Shown: one piece after another, positions 43,061-58,794 of the stretch
How the letters are laid out: each line of letters opens with the position of its first letter
How positions within the stretch are numbered: the stretch's first letter is position 1
Assembly (NCBI RefSeq): GCF_009914755.1
Contig: NC_060932.1
Strand: one strand, 5' to 3'
Origin: the human T2T-CHM13v2.0 reference genome, Homo sapiens
Length of the DNA: 64,000 nt
Made by a program: the position numbers and the translations under genes
The notes under the pieces: model-generated
Seen by the model: only the letters and a program-made list of their open reading frames with translations
What the model was told of the DNA's origin: nothing
The model's database searches: none

Positions 43061-43181
43061 ATTGGGAACTGGAAAATTTCTCAGCTCTTTCACCACTCTG
43101 ATACTTTAATTCTGAGACATGTTCTACTGCATCCCAGATTTTTCTAACAGGTTTGACCTGGAGTTGACCATAGTGATTACT
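43061..43181 (+). repeat. 121-bp copy of part of the LTR16 at 44387-44507
   Basis: Gapless hand alignment gives 101/121 identical. Confidence 0.85.
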
Positions 43182-43197
43182 GTGTGTGTGTTCGAGT

Positions 43198-43200
<3 letters not shown>

Positions 43201-43232
<32 letters not shown>
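43201..43232. repeat. (TG)16 microsatellite
   Basis: Direct read. Confidence 0.97.
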
Positions 43233-43235
<3 letters not shown>

Positions 43236-44239
43236 ACATATACACATATCTACTCTTTCATATATACTCACCATAGGTGAGCATATGCCTATATATAAAT
43301 GTATAGCATATAAGTGTATATATACTATATATGTGCATATATATATTTTAAAAATATCTATCATCTATCTGTCCTTTTTACATATCTGAAATTTTTCTCT
43401 GAGCATGTATCATTTTGTCTCCCCTATACCAGCCTTTTTCGTTCTTAATTTATAATTAATAATATTCAGTGTTCACCACCAATTTGCCTAATGTAGTTTT
43501 CTCAGTGTTTTGTTTAAGTGAAATATATCCTCAGTTAGCACCTGGAGTAATCACAAAGTCAATATTTCCTGGGTTATTTTGTGTTCAAAATATTTTGTCT
43601 GATTCGAAGGCCAGTGAATTCTAAAATTCTTGCCTCAAAAGTTCTTTTCTTATCATTAGACGTTGTTCAACTGTTTACTAATTTTGAATATTAATGTCTA
43701 AAAATCTGATGAAAATCTCATTTTCTTTTGTTTATATGTGGCATGAGCATGGGAATGAAAATATTTAATCGGAGTAAAATTTCTAATTTTCTTTTTCAAA
43801 AGTGTATTCAGTTGAATATTCTCTGAATTTCTATGTATTTGAGAAAATTATTCTAATGTATTAATATGACAATAATTTCAGATTAATTCTAAGTGAGATT
43901 TTGATATTTCTAAGCATATCTGGTAAATTGACACAAAGAAACTGTAGAGACTAATGGCTTTTGGAAAATTTATCCCAATGTCAAAGGGACCAAGTTTTAC
44001 ATTTGACCTATCAAAGACATCTTTAAGCTTAGAGGCAAAAGGAAATTATGAGTAGAACATGGTACATATTACAAAGAATTGTCTTTTAAATTGATTATTC
44101 CAGAAATGAAGACATGCATACTTAATATTTCAGACATATGCTAATCAAAATTTTTACCCTTTTTGTCGCTAGTCGAAGAGGCGTTGGATATTTTAACTTT
44201 TTTTTTTCTAGTACATTCTGTCATTGTTCTGTCCATGTC

Positions 44240-45340
44240 AACCTAACACTCTTTACATTGCCACCTTAAGTTTTAATTGCCAGAGCCTTTAACTCTCCCT
44301 AAGGATTTTCTCTGGGTTCTTGCAGTCAATCTGGAAGTGGATAGAAACTAATAATACACTCCAGGAACATGAGTCAAACACTGACTAATGGGAAATGGAG
44401 AATTTCTCAGCTCTTTCTCCCCTCTGATAGCCCAATTCTGAGGCATGTTCTACGGCTTCCCAGATTTTCCTAATAGGTTTGACCTAAAGGTGACCACAGC
44501 GATCACTTACTTGATAACATGATCGTGTTATAGGCTTCCATGCCTTTCCTCTTTTACCTCACTACAATCAAAAGACGTAGTACAAGAAGTGGTCCTAAAA
44601 AACAGAGCCCTCAGAATGAAATTTTGCAATCTGTTTACTCACCTGCCAGATGGCAACAAAGACCCTATTACTAAGAATGATTAAGAATGGTAACAATGCC
44701 TGACTGCCCAATTACCTGAAGGGAATTGGGATGAAGGTCGTATAAAAAGGGATGGACTGACCAATGCAACCTATTGCATGAAAGACATAGGTAAAATGGT
44801 AAATATGTAAGAATTATGAAATCAGCTGTTAACTACCAATGAAACATTTACTGAAGAAAATGGCAGAATCGTGGTAGTCAACTGTCAACTCAGCGCATGT
44901 ATGAAAGCCCGGAAGCTTCCATGTCAGTACCCAGAGGGTCTTTCATTTCCAGCAGTTGGAAACGAAATGTGCTGAAAATTGAGTCCAGGATCTAACTGTG
45001 ACAAGAACAGAGTTCCAAAGAAAGCAAAATTGGCAGCTCTAACAAGGCTCCTATGATAAAGTCAGGAAACCAGATTGCCTCGGCTAGTAAAAGTGGTCCC
45101 ATTCCCCTCTAAAAGAATGCCTGCAGACTATGCAAATTCATCATCTAAGGCAGGTGATCAATGCTTATCTTCCTCAAGATCTGCTCCCATCTCTGCTCAT
45201 TGCTTCTGAGGAGTAAGATTAAGACTTGGTATGGCCTGATTGGCAAGTACTTCTATTCCAGAAGAACAAAATCTGCACCAAAAGATCACCAAATCTTGGT
45301 TAATATATACAAGTGAGGACTGGGAGAACATGCATGAGTA
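44240..45340 (+). mobile_element. LTR16-type ERVL LTR (~44240-44578) followed by ERVL internal sequence (ERV3-16A3_I-like)
   Basis: LTR16 motifs (ctctgaggcatgttctac, acttacttgataac); internal start gtacaagaagtggtccta...ccctcagaatg. Confidence 0.65.
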
Positions 45341-48059
45341 TGGATCTACAGGGTTAGTTTCCTTATTGTTCAATGAAAAAGGGCTTATCTTAGGTTGGGG
45401 GAGGGGAGAATCTATTTTTATAGTTAGTGAAGGAATTTTGTAACATAAATTAAAAAACAGTTGACAAATTCCCAGCTGTGGTGCCACATTTCTCAATTAG
45501 CTTACCCCAGTCTGTAATATTTTTATTTTCTTTCAGGTTGTCCTAGGCTGACAAGGTATTTTTTGTTCCTTCTATTCTGCATTACCATATCTTTTCCAAT
45601 GTTTAGGATTAATTAACATCTAAGGGAGATTATATTTTATCTGGGTTTAAATAATTCTTTCAATTTTACAGCTAAGCTTAGTTTACTAATTTTCACCAAA
45701 TTAACTCAGTGCAGTCCCCTTTACTCTGCCCTCAGAAATTGTTTGAATAGTTGCAACTCTTCCCTTGTTTCTAATCCTTCAGAGCTGAGGATAAATCTGA
45801 TTCAAAAGTTTTTGATAATCATTGGGAGGTGTTCAGTGATTTTTCAATCAGTATGTGTCATCATCCATTCTGAAGGGGGAGACATCTTATTCTTTTGAAA
45901 TTGAATTACATATGAGAAGAGCATGACACGTATTTTTACATTTACTACTTGAAATTATATGATCAATCATTAGTACACCTTCTAAACATTAAGATGACTA
46001 TATTAAAATTTCAAAAGATGTATTTATCTGAATCTACTTTTCTTTCCTTTTCCAGTAATACTACCCAGAACAAATTAGAAAGAAAAAAGTACTACTTAAA
46101 GTAAGGTTTTATTTTGAGAATCACATCATACCTTCTGGAAGTATCTCTGAATCTACAGGTAAATATGCCCCAAGAAATCACCTGCATGCCATGATCAAAA
46201 GAACAAATACTAAGATAAAATCTAAAACATTCATGCTGCCCTAAATATTACAAGTATACAAGCTTTGACTTTATAATTACAGAAAAAATTACTTTAACCA
46301 AGTGATAAAACAGAAAATGGTAATGAAATATTAATTACCAACAACGTAATAGGAAATTAAATTTCCAAAAGAGAAGAGACAAAAGATAAAAACGCATTAT
46401 CTGACTACTTAGGATAGATGTTGATATTATATATTATTTAATATTCAGAATGATCTATCTAAAGTAGTTGGTATCATTCTCATTTTATATGAGGAGAAAC
46501 TGAAGTTCAGAAAGTTAAGTAAGGTTAGGTTAACCATTGTTAAGCTGGTAGATAATGGTTTTGTTGAAAGACTTTATAACCACAATAGAAGATAGAGATA
46601 AAAACAACATGGTAGACACTTCTTGTTTATCATTTATTTATTTTGCTTTGTTTTATCACAGCGAGAATTTTCGAAGGTCAGTGATGTGAACAAGAGTTCT
46701 CTGAATAATACAAAGGCTTTTTAAGCATCATTCTTTGTAAAATTGATTTTCTCCTTCGATCTCACTATTATCACTTGCCAAGGGATCTCTTTTAACTCTC
46801 TTCTGCATTTCTCATTCACAAATTATAAATATTTCAAGATCAAAATGAATGTCAAATTTATACCATTTCCAGAGGTATTTAAGGGTTCAGTTACTATTAG
46901 TTGTTCTTTCTTGGAAAGTGCCATAAAATTAATTTCAAATTTATATTTGTACAAATCATCATAAAAATAAAAATATATAATTATATTTGATGTTTAAATT
47001 ATATATCAATATACCATCTTCTGAGCAAAGTGTTATTCAGAATCATTATATAACATTTACCTATAGTTTCTTGAAATTAAAAAAAAGTATATTTCTGTAG
47101 AAAAGTGTACTTTCTTAAGGAAGAAGCTTTTCCAAGCAATATATTGTCTTATGCTGCCTTCTAATAATTCTGAATATAACAGAAAACAATAAAATTAATA
47201 TCAGTTTTTATATCTTTTTGGCAATTTCAAGTGAACCATTAGAAAGATAAATTATGTCTTCTCTTAAAAACACACATTTGTAACGTGGTTAAGAATATAC
47301 ATTGTTAATTTTTAAAATCCTTCTTTACTAGATACAGCCGAGAGCCACTAGAAGATTTATAAATGTTGAAGAGCAATGTTCTTTCTATCTTTAATAAATT
47401 GTGAACATCATAGAATAAAAATGAGATGATGTAAACAGATTGGAAAATATTGAGATATTTTTTAAAAACTTATTAAACAAGGTGTCAGACTCCAGATTAA
47501 ATGCCAGTATGCTTCAGAAATGAGAAGACAAATACAAAAATTCACAGTCAGATTTTCCATTTTTGTCAAAAAATAGCCTGCTTTAAGAGAATAAATGTTA
47601 TACACAATGAACATGAACATATAGCCCTATTTCTCATAAAAGGGTAGGGAAAAATTGTCACAGTTCAATGAGGTCCTCCTCTAGGCAGACATTTCCAGTC
47701 AGACCACCAGAAAATAGTGGGGAAAAATGCCCAACCAAACAAACAGATCTATTTCTTAGCTCGTTTCTTAAATTGTCAAGGTATCAATATGGAGGCAAGA
47801 TGATGACAGAAGCACAAATTGGGATTTTATAGGAGCAATAAAGATCATAGAAAATCCTGAGACTTCTGCCTTAATTCTTATTTGATTGCTTTATCTTACC
47901 TTCGAGAAAATTCAAATGACATTTTCAAACTCTTAAACAAAAAGATACAATCTTCTCTCCATTAGCTCAGGCAAAGAGCTGCATGTAAAGAATAATTTGA
48001 TCAAGAGAACATGTCTCTGCCCAAGTCCCTTGACTATCCAAGAAGAAACATAAAAAAAC

Positions 48060-48352
48060 TTTATTTTTCTTTTAAGAGACAGAGTCTCAGTCTGTTGCTC
48101 AAGGCTGGAGTGCCATGGTGCCATCATAGCTCACTACAGCCTTGAACTCAAGCGATCCTCCTGCCTCAGCCTACCAAATAGGTAGCACTACAGGCATGTG
48201 CCACCATGCTTGGCTAATTTTTAAAAGTCTTTTTGTAGAGACAGGGTCCTGCTATGTTGCCCAGGCTAGTGTTGAACTCCTAGCCTCAAGCAATCCTTCC
48301 ACCTTAGCCTCCCAAATTGCTGAGATTACAGGCATCAGCCACTGTGTCCAGC
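48060..48352 (-). mobile_element. AluJ (Jo/Jr-like)
   Basis: atcatagctcactacagccttgaactc and gctatgttgcccaggct diagnostics. Confidence 0.92.
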
Positions 48353-48617
48353 GGGGAACTATTTTGTTTAATGAAAGAGTGGACCCAAAAGGTTAAAATA
48401 GAGAAAAAGGGAAAAACGTTATGAAAATTTAAGAATTAGATGGTGATGATTGAATATATTAATTCCTTCAGATTTCATATCCAAGAGAAAGATTCAATCT
48501 TCAGAAAACAGAATACACTCACACAAACTCACACACACACATACACACATATATATGCACATATGTATATGTATATACTATTCATCCCTACTTACACCCA
48601 GCATGAAGTACTACATG

Positions 48618-48619
<2 letters not shown>

Positions 48620-48663
<44 letters not shown>
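48620..48663. repeat. (AC)22 microsatellite
   Basis: Direct read. Confidence 0.97.
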
Positions 48664-48665
<2 letters not shown>

Positions 48666-49220
48666 ACATTTGGAGTAAATATTCTGAAATTATATATATT
48701 TCCAGAGACAATTTGTTGCATCGAAATAATTTCAATGTCTCAGCAAACAAAAGACTGCGTTCAATGCCAGTATATTCTCAAGTTCCTCTGCTTTCAAAGA
48801 AAATGTACTTTCTTGACTTTGTGATACAATATTAAAGACTAAATAAACCCTCTAGGAAAGTTGTGTAATTAGTAGAAAACATTGCATCTAAATTTAACAA
48901 AACCACAGAATTTAATATGCTAAGATTTAGGACATTAACTTTTAAAAACCTAAAACAAATAAATCAATTTTAATTACAATATTTAAAGCTTTAGAGAATC
49001 AGAAGCTCACAAGTATAAACTGGAATAGAAAGGATAAACGGTTTACTACAAATGACAATTTCAGGAAACTCTCAAAAAAGAAGTATGTCACAGTTGAAAT
49101 TAGAGAAGTTTCAATAATCACAATTATAAGATTAAATTTCAATGTAAAACATGCTATTTCAAAATACCAAAAAGAAATGTTATGATGGACCAATGACACA
49201 TATAGATGAACACTATCTAC

Positions 49221-52451
<3,231 letters not shown>

Positions 52452-52629
52452 TCAGCATCTTAAAGTCCTGGAAACACTGAACTTTTTAGTAACTTGTATT
52501 TCACACTATGTGCAGGGTTCAGTGGAATAACCCTCAAAATTCCACCAAGAATTAATTCTAAGAAATTTGGTGTTATAAGGGGAGATAAAAATCTAGAGAA
52601 CTGTGAGACTGTATTTTCCTTTTTAAAAT

Positions 52630-52900
52630 CTTAGTTAAAGTAATTGCAACTGGGGAGATTAGTGTGATCCCTGCAAACTGGAAAATGCAGTTCTTTTCAC
52701 AGAAAGGGAAGACAGTGGATTTCAGAACCATAAAAGTCTAAAAAAATGAGTAGTGAATAGCTGGCAAGGGAATCTATGAATACTAGGAATCTGCCAGCAC
52801 CATTTTATTTTCTTTTTTGGAAGGTATCATTCAAGTAGAGAACTAGAAGAACACTGTATTTTTGTGAGTTAATAAGCTATTTCTGCATAACAATTCATCA
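52630..52900 (+). mobile_element. L3/CR1 reverse transcriptase remnant
   Basis: actggaaaatgcagtt...agaaagggaagacagtggatttcagaacca resembles the CR1 W..A...IFKKG...NYRP coding DNA. Confidence 0.45.
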
Positions 52901-53039
52901 AATATCCCATCGCTTTAAAAAAGAATCATACATTTAGCTCATTTTGGATCAATAACTTACAGTGAGTTTGCCTAGAGGGGTTTTCTTGGCACCCCTGAAC
53001 TCCTATATATGTTCAGGGGTCAGCTGGATACCACTATTT

Positions 53040-54000
53040 TCAGCTGGTATCAACAAGAACAGTTAGGCCAGCTGGCATAAGTAGACATAAATGGTATGTT
53101 GCAACTCTTCTCAACATGTTCCTCACATCCCTCTAGTAGACTACCCTGGGAATTTTCTTATCGTGAAAGCCTGGGTTCAAGAGAGCAATACAGAGTTTGC
53201 AAGCAGTTTGCAAGCTCTGTTTGCATCATATTTGCTGACCTCAGTTGGCCAAACCGTTTATATGACTGAGCCCAGAATCAAGAGATGGTTCAGATTATTA
53301 CAATGGGAAAAATGAATATTAGGCCATCAATGTAATTACTCTATCACACTTCACCCTCTGGCCATATCCCTCTTACATGCAAAATATGCCCCACTTCACC
53401 CAGGATCTCTAAAACTTCCTTCAGTCCTGCACTAGGCTTGGAGTCCAGGATATTATCATTTGCATCAGGTCCAGATGGAGCTCTTCAGATGTGGTTCCTC
53501 TAGATGTGAAGATAAACTAAAAGGAAAATCTATCCAATTCCCACACACCAAACTATGAGACAAGGGTAGGAAGACTGCAATAAATGCCATTATTTGAAAA
53601 GAGGTATTTAAAAAAGAAACATATTAGTCACTGGTTTATAACCATTCTCAAATTCTGCTGCTGAGCCCATGTTGCAAGATTCTTCTGATCTGGATGCAGG
53701 GAATGTTTCCTGTTCAAGCTTTATTTATGCTTTTTGGAAGTGTCTCTCCAGCCCAATGTTCTCTATGATTCTTGGTTCCACGTTCTGGGATGCCCTTCCT
53801 TTTTCAATTTCTGTAGCCACTTTTGAGACTTTATTAGAAGTTATACCCTTGGAACAATATTCTAAGACTACTTCCTGTTTGTAGAAATGTTGGGGCCCCA
53901 GAGACCATTATGCACTTTGAATAATATAATACCATTTTAAACTAAGATGGCTTTACTTTTCCCAAAATAAAACCCTGAAATATTGTGTGGTTTTTCTGTA
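53040..54000 (-). mobile_element. Old MLT1 LTR (~53040-53348) plus MaLR internal sequence
   Basis: gcatcatatttgctga...ttggccaa...gagcccaga LTR motif; internal cttacatgcaaaatat, tcaggtccagatg. Confidence 0.55.
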
Positions 54001-54019
54001 ATGCAACCATGTCGTGTTC

Positions 54020-55610
54020 CATGTGTTTTTGTTTATCCTCCTTAGATTTGCTCAGTTTCTTAGATGTGTAATTTGGTACTATGTGATAATTTTGGGTTGT
54101 CCTCAGACACTATCTCTTTAAATATTTCTTCTGCCCCATTCTCATGTGTATTATGCCATTTGATATTTTTCCACAGACATTGGCTACTCTATTTTGCTTT
54201 TGTTTGTTTTGTTCTCTCCTTTCTTTTTTCCCTTTGTGTTTCAGTTTGGATCTTTCTCTACATCTGTCTTCAAGCTGATTCGTACCTTTGTTGTGTCTAC
54301 CTTGCTGTTAAAGCCCTCAAACACATTTTTAATTTACGTATTATATTTTATATCTAGTATATCCATTGCTTCTATTTTTAATAGTTTTTTTGAAATATTC
54401 CACCTCTTTCTACATATTGTCTGTTTTCCCACTAGATATGTTATAATTTTTATTATTATTTTAAAGACCCTTTCTGTCAGTTCTAATTTTTAAGTCACTT
54501 CCATATATATTATTGACTGCTTATCTTCTTGATTATGGGTCTCTTCCACTCTATGTGCTCTTGTGAGAGACCCATTTTCATTTTTCTTGTAATTTGGGGG
54601 GGGGGGTACTAGTTATTCTGTATAAAATTAATACTGATGTTAAAACAAAACCTGCCCAGAGATACTTCCTTATTCTGCTAGGCTGCTAGAGTTAATAACT
54701 TGAATCAATAAGATGTATAGTAGAAGTAGGTCTGAGATTTATTGCAAATTTTGATTCAATTTCCCATTGACTTTTATTATTTTGAGCGCAAGATTAGAAG
54801 TATTCCTTCAGTAGGACATGAACACTGATGTTATTCTGATAAACCATTTGTTCTTTACAGCCTGGACTCAGCTTTAGGAATTATGAGAGCTTTGCTTCAC
54901 AGAGAAGCTTTGCTTCAGGTTTTGAATAAAGGGGAGATTCTGTTCTCTAGTCCTGCTTTTGGCTTGCTCTTACACTGACTTCCTGTCCTGGCCTCTGGAT
55001 GTTTCTCTAGCCTCCTGCCCTGTCTCCAGTCTTCCAAGCACAGATGCATTACACTTTGTGATGGGTGTGGAGGATATTTAGGAGAAACTTATCTCAGGTT
55101 TTCTGCTTTTAGCCCTCCAACCATGCCTTGGTGAAGTTCCCACCATCAGTTTCTAAAAGTCTGAAGTGCCTTGGTGGGGTTTACCTTGCCCTGACCCTGG
55201 TATTTTGTGACGCCCCCCAGGCACACAGTGAACACCTGTGGAGAAGAATTGGTAGCTAGGTGCTGACTTACACTGTGGTAGCCACTGTTCAGTGTTCCAG
55301 CCTGAATACAATCATTAACATCTCATTTAAATTGAGGGCAGTTCTTTTTACCCCTTCTATGGTGAATTTCTAGTCCTCCCACTACTCCACCAGGGATGAG
55401 TTGATGATATCTGTTATGATGCTTTTCTCTCTCGTAAAGTGCTTACCACTATTTAGAATTTAGTTCATTAACTTTCACAAAAACTCAGGTTTTTATGGTA
55501 AAAAACAAACAAAAGCAACAATGATGTTGTAGATTATTGGGCTCGTTTTTAGATGTCAGGTATGAGTGATGTTCTTTAGAGATATTTACATTATTACCAG
55601 AAACAAAATA
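54020..55610 (-). mobile_element. Old L1 (L1ME-like) ORF1/5' region
   Basis: T-rich antisense motifs (aaatatttcttctgcccc, tttgtgtttcagtttggat, ctgtcttcaagc). Confidence 0.55.
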
Positions 55611-56880
55611 TGCAATTAGATATTAATTCATATTTATAGATTTTTAAAAAATAACTCTTAATACAATGGAATGGGAAATCATTAGGAATAAATAGTCACA
55701 TGATATGTTATTTATATCTGTGTTATATGTATTTTGCTGACAACCTCGCTTCCACTTAATAAAAAAAAAATCCCAGACACATTATTTTGGTATATTTCAT
55801 CTTTCATTCTGATAATGTTAAAAAATATATTCTTCTACAAATCATTTTAAACGTTTTATAAGAATAATTCAGTATTCTTGGTAAGGTAATTCAATACAGG
55901 GCACAAAGAACTGAAATATACAACTGGCTTCATGCCATCCCCATTTGGGACAATGTTATCAAAAGGTACAAAACATCTCTGATCTCATAAGACTGCTTCC
56001 TGCAGTCATTAAATATCAAGTCATTGCCTACTGAAGTTCAATGCACAAATGGGTTTTGTTGCTTATTTTACACTGAGGAAACATTCAGAAAAAAAAACCA
56101 AATACATTTAAAGAATTGTATTACCTCAATCTGACAATGTGCAAAAATAATGACCGATAGTTTTTAGCTATACTTAAACTTAGTTCTATTAGGAGCTAGA
56201 TATTTAACATAAATATTGAATTATTTTTATATATCATTGTAAATTTATATTTAACTACATAGCGTTTCTTCTTTCATGGTGAAATAATTCTATTATTTTA
56301 TTTTATGCTTTAAATGTGTAATTTTTCCAAAGAATGAGCAGAGCTGAGAGAAGCAGTCTTCTGGCTCTGCAGATCTGTGTTTCCAAGAATCTTATTTAAT
56401 TAGAAGAATTTTGCTGCAATTGTCCTTTCTCGGGCATTGCGAAGGCTGCAAAATACTTTTAACTCTTCCCACCAATCAGAAAACAAATCTGATTACCATG
56501 CAAAATAAAAATAAGTTTAATTCAAGTCTATTCAATTCCACAGGTAATTTTTGGCTTATTTGAATCAATTTTTTCAGTTTGCAACTCAAAAATGAGATTG
56601 CAGACAAAATGCTTGCTTAAAAATACCCTGCATGTGATTAGGAGCACCTAATAATCGGTAGGCAACAAAACCTTGTTTTATATTTAATTATGTGTACCTC
56701 ATCTAAATGTCTGATAAAATTTGTACAGACATGTTAGCCACATATATTGGTGTTAACAGGACAAATAGCATGTCTTTGAATAACAGCTGCTGAGATTTTT
56801 ATAAAAGGTTTTCTATCTGTAAAAGCATGCTAATGATAGACAAGAAGACAGGAACTAGGGGTAGGGGGGATCTTCTAAAG

Positions 56881-57405
56881 CAGGGATCCCCAACTCCCAG
56901 GCCAAAAACCCCATACAGGTCCATGGCCTGTTAGTAACTGGGCTACACAGCAGGAAGTGAGTGGCAGGCTAGCAAGAGGAGCTTCATCTGTATTTACAGC
57001 CATTCCCCATGGCTCACATTACCACCTGAGCTCCACCTCCTGTCAGATCAGCAGTAGCATTAGATTCTCAGAGGCGCATGAAACCTATTATGAACTGCAC
57101 ATACGAGGGATCTAGACTGCAACCTCCTTATAAGAATCTAATGCCCGATGATATGTCACTGTCTCACAGCCTCCCAGATGGGACTGTCTAGTTGCAGGAA
57201 AACAAGCTCAGGGCTCCCAATTCTAATTATGATGAGTTATATAATTATTTCATCATATATTTCAATGGAATAATAAAAGAAATAAAGTGCACAATAAATG
57301 TAATGCACGCTAATCATCCTGAAATCATCTCCCCAACTCCTGGTACATGGAAAAATTATCTTCCATGAAACCGGTCCCTGGTGCCAAAAAGTTTGGGGAC
57401 TGCTG
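56881..57405 (+). mobile_element. MER1A (hAT-Charlie), full length
   Basis: TIRs cagggatccccaac / gtttggggactgctg; body matches MER1A; 8-bp TSD ttctaaag / ctctaaag. Confidence 0.93.
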
Positions 57406-58794
57406 CTCTAAAGGATCTGGTACATAGATTCCATGAAAGAATTTGAGAAGCCAAGGTCTGGTGCTTCTGGTGAGAGTCATAGAAAAAGTGGTCACTTAGC
57501 CTCTTCAGGGTTAGTTTCAAAGTGGATGATTAATGTCTTAGCAAATGTATAGAGATTATCTGGTTCAGCATATTCTGATGATTTATTCTAAATTATATTA
57601 TGGAGTCATCTAAGGTTTTATTTTGCATAGCAATGTAGGGCAAGAAATTTAGATAGCTTTACCTGCTCTGATAAGTTTCTGGGTTAAAATGATATGAAAA
57701 TAAATATACATGGTAGAACTGATGAGAACATCGTTGTGAAGCCCTAGAGCAAGTATTGACGTAAGAAGGAAATAGACTAGGATTTAAAATCTTTACATTC
57801 CCCTTACTACTTGTAAGGCATATTACGTAGACTGACACTCATCACTTCTCTTGGGCTATTAGAGTTCAATAAAGACTAGAGGCTTTATATGTAAAATTCT
57901 TAGTACAATGCCTTGCACATAGTAGCAATGAAGGAGTAGAGTTTAGTACATCTTTCATTGGCTAACTCGCACTGACCTAATTTGAGGTGGGAATTCTGAA
58001 CTTACAGGGCACCACTAAAAATTCTTCTTGATCCATATTTGCAGATCATCAATGGAATGTAAATGTACAGTATCAAAGAACTATTTTTTGTTAATATAAT
58101 TGCTTTCTTCATTAAACTAATGTATGTTCATTACTGGTCTAGATGTTTAAACCTAATTACACCATAGCTTTATTGTCTCTGCATTTTAACCTAATTCCTT
58201 TCTTTGTCTCCTTTCCAAACAGGTACTATAAAAACAAAATCACATAATTCACTTTAAGTCATTAAAAATAGATTAAAGAATACCTTTCTACAAACTTATC
58301 TTTGACATTTGAAGTTGTTATTAAACATCATTTTATAAAACTTTGAACCCAAAGTCACAAACGAAAATTACTTGTAAAGAAATAAATGAATTCAATTATT
58401 TTTGTATGAGCTTTAAAATGCTGGTGGTTTTTAAACATGAGGATTTTCTATTTCACTTGGCGGTTAAAGAACAAAAGGCAAATAAACATTTATAATTATG
58501 ATAAAAATGGGAGATTTTTATCTTTTATTAGAATAATAGTATTTTAGAAATCTACTTTGAGGCAAAAGATGAAATGACACATATTTGAACTAACGCCAAA
58601 TAACACTCAATTTACTATTTGACAGTTTCTCATTTCTTAAACTGTGCCAGACCTTGTGCCATATTCTTTACATATATTACTCCAACTAGTTTATCACTGC
58701 ACTTACATGGAATACCTCGTCTGAATATTTCTATTTTACAGCTGTGGAGTTCACACTTGTAAAATTCTGATTTTAGATTTGAATCAATTCATTC

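Noticed and set aside
45521-45562. Possible 19-nt micro-exon (tttcag|gttgtcctaggctgacaag|gtattt)
   Set aside because: Not frame-preserving, the donor is weak, and such motifs are expected by chance in T-rich DNA.
48440-48835. His/Thr-rich 131-aa and 124-aa ORFs (also the ORFs at 43059-43389)
   Set aside because: Artefacts of stop-free (CA)n/(TG)n microsatellites.
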